Positions 22,659 through 30,494 of a stretch of 30,494 bases of DNA are shown piece after piece. Below the pieces are notes generated by a model that was given only the letters and a program-made list of their open reading frames with translations, did not search any database and was not told the DNA's origin. The DNA is from Asterionella formosa (lineage: Eukaryota). A program made the position numbers and the translations under genes. Numbering within the stretch: position 1 is the stretch's first letter; every line of letters starts with the position of its first letter. Where the stretch lies: NCBI GenBank assembly GCA_002256025.1, contig NKIB01010603.1, positions 62,001 to 92,494 on the forward strand, in the 5' to 3' direction.

Positions 22659-23299
22659 ATCGTCTACTACGCGGAACATTTTAATATTTAATATCTGTTT
22701 AGTGATATTGTGCAAAATATATTTGGCCCAGATGCCCTGTGCATGCATTTCCTAGTGCAGTAAAGCTTTGTGACATCATATCATAAACCTTATAACTTAT
22801 CCTCGTACTTTTCGGCTTTTGTGGAGCATGCTTACAGGTAGTGATGTAATAATGATGGTTGTGGAGTTATTGTGAACACCTAACCCTATTCCACCAAAAT
22901 TTAGGGTTTAGGACTAGGTTTTGTGCCATCATTGGACAGCAAAATAAATATCAAAAGACACCAGCTGAATAAATATAATATGTAATCCCTCTGTACAGTA
23001 TTAATGGCATCAATTATCAGAACACTCAGTGCTGAGCAGCTTATTTTAGGATGGATTATGTAGACTACATACCAACTTTATACATGAGGGTCAGCTTACT
23101 CGAAAAAATGCATTTTTAATGACAAATCACATAGTAAACATAAAATCTTTTTTGTAATTAAATAATTAGCATCTAAAAAAATTAATCGAAAAAAATTTAA
23201 CATATATTCATCCATTGTGTTCATGCTAATTTACAATACATAGCTAGTAGGTGGGCGACATGGAATTTTTTTAATCTCTCGATGCTAGCAGCTTCTTCA

Positions 23300-24730
23300 G
23301 CGGTTGCTTAAATAGGTGATTGTCCCTGATGCAGATCTCATCCTGATTGTTGTAGAGCACCATGATTCTTTCATCCATGGCTGAAAGCACTATTCTTTGA
23401 TTCTTTTCATTGTTGTGAAGAACGTTGTTTGCTTCTGTCCTCCCATGCTGCTGTAGTGGCCAAGGCCCAGCAGGTTTGCATGCTTGCCGTGGCTTTCCAT
23501 TTGTGTGCCATAGCCACTGTTCTCTCTTCGGATTCCTCTAGGATTGCTGAAGATCCCCACCTATTGGAGAATATCCCCAAAGAGTCAGAATTCTGTCTAC
23601 TATTTGGTGTTGTTGATTTAACGCCGCTTTGATTTGCTATTTTTCTCCCTCTGTTGTACCCAGCTTGTAGTTTTCTTTGAAGTCGTCCATCGAGGTTGTG
23701 CAGGACGTGGGTTAAGTAGTTTACCAAGATGGGAGTGATAGTTTTGCCATACTTCAGTTGGTTCATTTGGGAGGAGAACTGGGTCAACCTCCTCTCTCTG
23801 GTGAATTTTATTTTTGGTGGGTGGCACATGAGAAGATTCTCTGTTGACTTGTATGGACCACAGTGTGGGCACTCATAAATCCCTTTTGTTGTGAGTGCTC
23901 TTATGGATCCTGTCGGAAGCCATCCGTGAACAAATTTTGACAACAAATGCTTGGGAGAAGGCTGTCCAATTAATCATCCCATAGGGGAAATGAATGTTGT
24001 GTTTTGTGGTGAAGAAATCTTCATATTTTTCTTCCTGTATTACAAGTCTCATCCTGTGGGATGTAAAATTGTGTATCTTAGTCTTACCTATAAGCAAGCT
24101 CGCGTCCATGGTGCGAAAGTGAGGTGAATTTTGGATATGGATTGCCCGGTGTCCCTTTGGGATGTCACTGTAAGAAATTTTCCGCTAGATAATCCGCTCT
24201 TACGTTCATGCTTGCACTTCTGGAAAGCTTTAATTTCTCTTGTCTATCCTGGTGTGATTTAATCCAGACAACCTTGGTTGTGATGGGAAGTGTCTTGAGT
24301 AGTACTTCTTGGAGATGGGATACTATGTCTGCATTTGGGGGGGGGGGGCGGGCGGCAATTGCGATGGCTTGTGAAAGTTTGTGAAGACTACCAATTGCTG
24401 ATGCACGCACTGTCCCTTCAAAGGCGGTGAATCGAGCTGGTAGTTTCTATGGAATGAAACGCCAGAAATTCCACTATAGAAGAATTTAGTATTTTGATGA
24501 AGAGGTCGCTGGATGGGACTGCAAAGAGCCGGGGCTTTCTTCTTCAGCTGCCTTTGTCTCGAGAGAAGGTCTTGATTGCATTGGAAGAATGCATGGACTG
24601 CCTTGGAATTTCGCCATTGACACCATACTAGGGTAGAATCAGGCGGATTGCTGGGATTCAATGATCTACTGTCTTTAAGCTGATGCCAAACAATCAACAA
24701 CGACCTGCACGTAATCATTTCCATCAACCA
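23300..24730 (-). mobile_element. Decayed, 5'-truncated non-LTR retrotransposon fragment with RNase H and C-terminal Zn-knuckle region (diatom Ambal-like)
   Basis: Successive minus-strand frames give the RNase H-like VVWIKSHQD...MNVRADYLA, then INWTAF, KFVHGWLPTG and CPHC...LLMC, in the order typical of LINE ORF2 C-termini. There are multiple frameshifts and stops. Boundaries are approximate. Confidence 0.75.
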
Positions 24731-25069
24731 AAGAGGGGGGGGGGGCTCTAGAGGCAGGAGGTCTAGCTAATTGATATTTATATGTTTATACTATAACTCA
24801 CTATACTGGTAGTCTACTAGAATCCTTGCTTGTTAAAGAGTATTTAACAAGGATAATTCGTATATTACAATTTAATTAAATTCAGAATTTTCAAATTTAT
24901 GATGGTTCAATATAAGCATGATAAAAAGTAAGAAATAATGATTTTGAAACCAACTAGCTTTATCCTGTTGACAAATACCATAGAGAGGTATTACAGATAC
25001 ATATTGTCTACCATGAGAAAAGGCAGCTTACTATTGATCTTACTGGTGGGATATACTTCCATTGTAAGA

Positions 25070-25428
25070 GTGTGTACTGTGGTACATATAATTATTGTTG
25101 CAAAAGATACATCCCGATTGTCAAAATATTTCAGTGGGCCTATCTTCTTCACTTGATCTCCAAAATGCCACAGGCAATATGGAACTCGATGAACATATTG
25201 TTCTTCGATATTTTTCATGCGAGGAAGAATCCTCATTTGCTGTGTAGTTGACAGGAGGTATAACTTCTCCTCCTCATGTTACCCATCTTGCAGCCATCAG
25301 GACACTGTGGCAATTGCATATTGCCTGTGGCATTTTGGAGATCAAGTGAAGAAGATAGGCCCACTGAAATATTTTGACAATCGGGATGTATCTTTTGCAA
25401 CAATAAGTGATGGTACCACAGTACACAC
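25070..25428. repeat. Long inverted repeat: perfect 90-bp arms plus 16-bp outer arms, 135-bp spacer
   Basis: 25092-25181 is the exact reverse complement of 25317-25406, and 25070-25085 pairs with 25413-25428. The ORF track shows the same peptide YCLWHFGDQVKKIGPLKYFDNRDVSFATI on both strands. Confidence 0.95.
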
Positions 25429-25602
25429 ATATACTAACTACCTCGTTACCTGGGACATCCGAAAAACGTGCCTGAAACGGTTTAATGGCAATAATTTCGG
25501 ATTATTAGCTAATTATTCAGGACTTAATATATATATTGAGAGCGACTCGTGCGAGGGCTGGCACGCTTCCGTTGAGGCTTGGCTTGTGCTCATGACCCTT
25601 GC

Positions 25603-25799
25603 TGCTTAAGTTAAAAGTGAATAAGCATCTGGTGCTTAAATTAAAAGTAAATAAGCGTTTGGTGCTTAAATTAAAAAAGAATAGGCATTTGGTGCTTAAG
25701 TTAAAAGTAAATAAGCGTTTGGTGCTTAAGTTAAAAGTGAATAAGCATTTGGTGCATAAGTTAAACAAAGTGAATAAGCGTTTGGTGCTTAAGTTAAAA
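25603..25799. repeat. 30-bp minisatellite, about 6.5 copies
   Basis: Unit tgcttaagttaaaagt(g/a)aataagc(a/g)tttgg. One unit has a 3-nt insertion. Confidence 0.95.
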
Positions 25800-27498
25800 T
25801 CTTTGTCAGCACCATTGTGTTCATTGTTGTTTATCTTCATTTCATTCCTCATTCCATTCATCTGGTCCTTACTCCCCTCTAGGTTTGACCCCACAACCTT
25901 CTGGATCAACTCAACCATTCAAGACTCCGACAATACACCTCCAAATGTCCGATCAAGGTACCTGGTACCTTGTACCGGTATTAGCACTCCATTATATCAT
26001 AGTAAGTCATTACTACCGTCCAGTATAAGTCTCTATGTATCTACCGGTACATCAATGCTCCATGTCAGGTATCAGGTACCTGGTACCGGTACATCCAATG
26101 CATCACGTACCGGGTACCTGATGGATGCACATACATACATGTCAGTACGTACCGGTGTGTTGTAGAATCTTGTCGGCATGAACTTTTCTTTGTCCTTGTC
26201 ATTAAATATTGCGAAACCATATGATCGGTCTACAGTTTGCCACGGCTCACCTTTGTCATTGCTAGCTACGGATGTGCTCATTTGTATGAGGCGACGATCG
26301 ATTATCGCAGCAATCAACCGAAGTCCATGCTGTCTCGTCAATCTCTGAAATACTAGCTAGTATGCAGAAAAATTGCAGGTGAACTTTGGGTTGTAGTATC
26401 TTGTGATAGTTGCATGTTGGTAATGCGACCACTATTCTAACAGCTCGTTGCATGTGTGGATGTGATTTTAAAATAGAATGTTGATGACTAGATATCATGA
26501 CAGCCATGAAAATGTTCGTTTGATTATGTAGTCGTCTGATTTATTCTGTTTACCATCCATGCCTAGATAGTATAGAATCATACTTCTTCGTTTTCGTCGC
26601 CAATTCAAGCCCAATTGATTGGCTGCCCGCTATCATCGATTAACCACCCTGTTCTTATTGCTAGAAAAACCCCTTCGAATGTGTTCATCTATTATTCACC
26701 GATTTCAAGTTTTTAAACTCTGGCGCATTTTTGATTGTTGAATTGAATCAAGCTTTCTGGATTCTCTATCGGCATGTCATGCAAATTTGTCACTGAGGGT
26801 CCACCATTTGTTGCAAGCTGATAAAGCAAGTCGGGTGGTTAAAAATTCACACAAATAACATGATTCTTTGATGGATTTAAGAGAAAATTGAACTCGCTCC
26901 ATAAGCCTAGTATGATTGAGGCCTCTTCATGAGCGATGCAAGGAGTGCATGAAGCTAAACTCACAATGTGCAGCCAAAAAGATTATTCAAACTAGCTAGC
27001 AGTATGGATGAATCTACTACTAATTACTACAATGTTGACATCGAAACTCTGATTTTGAAATTTTGATGCTAATGAATTGCTACTGTTAGTTATTGAAATG
27101 AACAAAGGAATTAATTTGGTTCAAGCAGTCAACCAAAGAATCAGGCCACGATTGCTGTTGAATGTTGTCAACAATTTTCAACAGAACAAGTAGTACTCAC
27201 ACTTCTAATAGCTAGCTATTCATTTCATCTACTTTCTACTATCATTTGGTTGAGGTTGAAATGAAGTGATAGTGAGTCGTAATTTACATATTGTGTGTAT
27301 ACTATAGTTACAATATTTTTTGTCATCTGCTCCGCCCTGCAACATATTATCAGTACTTTCTGTATTTGGTATGGATGGGTGTGGTCCGCCCAAGGTAGAA
27401 GTCGTTCTTGTGTGTACATTTTGTACCGACCTTTTTTTAGGTGTTGGTTTGACCTAAAATTCAGTGTGTGAATAAGAAGAAGTACCCGAATGGCAAGA

Positions 27499-29001
27499 CG
27501 ATAGATAGCAGGAGCGGGAATTGCTGAAGGCAATACACGCCCGAGATGGTCTCTTGCCTGCGAGTATACATGTGTTTGAGGCTGGTACCGGTAGAATATC
27601 CGTTAAGCATCATTACATACATGACCGGAGCAAAAACTTGCCACCAACATCAGATGCTGGATCGATATCATCGTTCGTCCGACGAAATATTGATGATGCG
27701 ACTACATGAATACCTCGAGAAGACAAGCAATCCAACAATCAATCGCATCCGTTAGGCAAAGACTCGCTACTGGCGTCATCGCGGAACTGATTTCGCTTCA
27801 AACCGGTCATGATGGACGACGATTGGCATGGTGAAAGTTGAAATGCCGGAGTCCACTTTTCAGGAGACGAACAAAAATGAGGTGAATTCTAGATATAAAT
27901 TATTAGAATCTGCATAGTATATAAAATGGTTTCCTTAAATAGACCCCTTGCCGATTTCGGCAATCCCAGGGCTGGAAAACCGAGGGGCAATTGACGTCTG
28001 TTGTCTTGCCAAAATGCGAACATATGAAACATACAAATTATATTTTAATGATGGGCAATATCGGACCTTTGCCAATGTTCGATGTGAAGATAGGAAAAAT
28101 ATGAAATATACTTTATATGATGGGCAATAGTAGGCTAAAATTGACATTTATGCTAAATTTGTGGGCAGTAGGTAAGCGAATGACGCGACGATAGCTAGAG
28201 CGGGAATTGCCTGAACAATACTCGTATCATGCGGTCAACCTACTCGCGCCACCCAGCCTCGAACACATGTATACGAGAAGGCAAGTAGCCGCCGAGAAGG
28301 GTATTGTTGAGGCAATTCCTAGGCGGCTGGGAAGGCACTTGTAGGCTGACCTTCTCGCAGCTTTGGGGGGAACCACTTGTACGGTCAACCTACCGCTACT
28401 CACGCCTTCTACCAGGGTAGCCTCAAACACATGTATCGGTATTCTCGCAGGCAAGACACCACTTCGGGAATGTCATGCCTTTAGTATACTTACTGTACAG
28501 CCAATGGCTGAGCAATACATATGATTTTCGAAACCGCTGAAACAGTATGCTGGTATGCTACTCAGCAAATCCTGGGGAGTTCTTATTTAATTCTGCAGTG
28601 CACTGCCAACCCGTAAGTAATCACCGACCTATGTGCGGAAGCACCTGTTACCTGGTACCTGGTACTGTCCAGCGCAAGGAATAGATGTTCAGCATCAACC
28701 AGGAAATCCTCCACATTGAAAGATATATACCGGTATATGGATGTCGAGCAATTTCAGACAGTCGTGAGAGGTTCATCGTGAAAGTGTATTTTTTAAATAA
28801 TATCTAAAAAGTTGCTATTCTTACCCTCACCCTACTACACAGGTTTTGATGAAACGGCAACTTCTGCGACACGATTTTCAGACGGTAGTGAGTAGAAATG
28901 ATGTGATTACCTCTGAAACTCCACAGATATCCAGGCGCCTCACCGATGGCGCCACTCGTACGGTCAACCAACTCGCGCCACCCAGCCTCGAACACGGTAT
29001 A
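27499..29001. repeat. Short dispersed repeat family (about 90-bp unit) in both orientations
   Basis: cggtcaacc..ctcgcgccacccagcctcgaacac(atgtata) occurs at about 28232 and 28961, and degenerately at 28382. An inverted copy lies at about 27515-27585, and a partial inverted copy at about 28190-28225. Confidence 0.75.
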
Positions 29002-29505
29002 CCATACGGTTCTACAACTATCCGCGTATGTATTTTCTAATCATTTGGATTTAAACTTCATCGCAATTGACGAGAAGTTTTTGCTGCTTCATGATAATGG
29101 ATTAATATTTGTAAGAGCGTTATACCTACATGTTATATCTGGCCCGGTAATGGAATTCAATTATGAATTACACCTTAACTCACTAGTGACAAAGATTCCG
29201 ACACGAGAAAAACAGGAGAACCTTCAACTTGACGAGATCATAGATATCTCGCGTTTTGTCTCCTTCTATTACCGGCAGATGTACGATGTATTACATTTAT
29301 CGCTGTATTGAATTCACCGTGTATTGAATATATCATAAAACTATCAATGCATCCCCGAAAGCAATTCAGACCGATCCACGAAAGTGATTCATGAGCGAAG
29401 TCTAATAATAAAATCCGCTATCATCTCATTTTTCCATTTGATGTGATTATCAATCTACACTTATTTCACAGAGCAGAAGGCAATAAAAGTTCGCGTCGAT
29501 TTCCC

Positions 29506-30494
29506 ATGATGCATCGAAACGCCATTATGGGGAAGGATAGAGTCTCATTGGCAGTAAAATGCGTTGGTAAAGTCATCGCATGGTATGGATTGATATTCTT
29601 CTTTGCAAATATGTTTGTGCATGCCCATGCCTTGGAAGGATTGAGCAGGCGATTCCACAATACTCACTCCGTGTCTTTAAAGGAAGATTATTTGACTGAA
29701 GTTTCAATGGATGACATCATTCAAGCTTCAATGGATGACAACATTCAAGACGATGATTTTTCAGAAGGCACAACAAAATCTGCTAAACAAACGGAAAACC
29801 TCCGAAAACAATCCCCCGGCAACATAAAGAACACACAAACTAAAAATAGTTCCTCCTCTAACAGAAATATGGAATTTGCTAGCAAAAGAATGACGAACAA
29901 AAAATCCGACTCGAACGAGGAAGAAATCGAAAGCGCTCGTCAATATGAGAGTTTCCAGGCTGGTTTGATCAACAACATGCGTAGAACACACACGAAACTC
30001 ACTCGAATCCTAACAGCAACTACAACATCCACTTCTCCAACTCCTCAAAAAACTTCACAGCAAACTCCTGGTCCAAAAAAAACCCAAACTCCACTTCCAT
30101 TATCCACTCCTTCTAGAATTCCGACGCCTTGGCCAAAAGCAAACCCGACATCAAAGCAACCTAGTACTACAAAACCTATACAATTGCCAACAGCTTACCC
30201 GACACCTTGGCCAACATCTAAACAAACATTGTTTCCAACAGCTGATCCTACTGCTTGGCCCACTTCAAGAACTCCTACAGCAAATCCGACGCCACTGCCT
30301 ACTTCAAAACCTACACTAATGCCAACTGTTGATCCCACACCTTGGCCAACGACTAAACCAACATTGCTGCCAACAGCGGTTCCAACATCTAAGCCAACAT
30401 TGTTGCCAACAGCTGATCCTACATCTTGGCCCACTTCGAGACCTACAGCAAATCCGACTCCGCAGCCTACCTCGAAGCCAACATTGTTGAGATC
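29506..30494 (+). CDS. Secreted/cell-surface mucin-like Pro/Thr-repeat protein, 3'-partial (runs off the window)
   Basis: Frame 1 is open from 29395 to the end, with the first ATG at 29506 (alternative 29527). A hydrophobic signal (VIAWYGLIFFFANMFVHAHA) is followed by an acidic/basic pro-region, RIL, and then PTxxPT repeats (PTPWPTSK, PTADPT, PTLLPT). It is missing from the ORF track because it has no stop in the window. Confidence 0.85.
   Translation, partial: MMHRNAIMGKDRVSLAVKCVGKVIAWYGLIFFFANMFVHAHALEGLSRRFHNTHSVSLKEDYLTEVSMDDIIQASMDDNIQDDDFSEGTTKSAKQTENLRKQSPGNIKNTQTKNSSSSNRNMEFASKRMTNKKSDSNEEEIESARQYESFQAGLINNMRRTHTKLTRILTATTTSTSPTPQKTSQQTPGPKKTQTPLPLSTPSRIPTPWPKANPTSKQPSTTKPIQLPTAYPTPWPTSKQTLFPTADPTAWPTSRTPTANPTPLPTSKPTLMPTVDPTPWPTTKPTLLPTAVPTSKPTLLPTADPTSWPTSRPTANPTPQPTSKPTLLR

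Noticed and set aside
22398..22748. 116-aa and 67-aa ORFs
   Set aside because: They overlap the tRNA-Leu gene and its duplicated trailer, so they are spurious.
22879..22912. Telomere-like words (cctaacccta ... ttagggtttagg) in inverted arrangement
   Set aside because: Only 1-2 units each, which is too short to call an interstitial telomere or telo-box function.
30195..30434. Val/Gly-rich minus-strand ORF
   Set aside because: It is the antisense shadow of the Pro/Thr repeat CDS on the plus strand.

Overview
Eukaryotic nuclear DNA, most likely from a diatom. This is inferred from compact genes, short 83-116 nt GT-AG introns, a signal peptide + A|FAP plastid-targeting leader, and a Pro/Thr-repeat secreted protein. 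The gene-dense core (about 7.5-22.7 kb) holds a DHRS7-like SDR, a Ser/Thr kinase, a plastid-targeted Lin0512-family protein, CCT4, PDCD2/TSR4, a peroxisomal bifunctional beta-oxidation enzyme, a multi-pass membrane protein, a HIG1-domain protein and tRNA-Leu(UAA). The left flank (1-7 kb) is repeat-rich and decayed: a P-loop NTPase pseudogene broken by a 4-bp duplication and cut off by an about 190-bp satellite, plus several tandem duplications. The right flank (23-29.4 kb) contains a decayed RNase H-bearing non-LTR retrotransposon, a perfect 90-bp inverted repeat, a 30-bp minisatellite and a short dispersed repeat family. A mucin-like ORF runs off the right end. The most striking unexplained pattern is strong enrichment of the palindrome TACCGGTA and related GGTACC/TACCTGG words, confined to non-coding DNA. 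There is no CRISPR array or prokaryotic system. All family assignments come from motif recognition by eye, not database searches.
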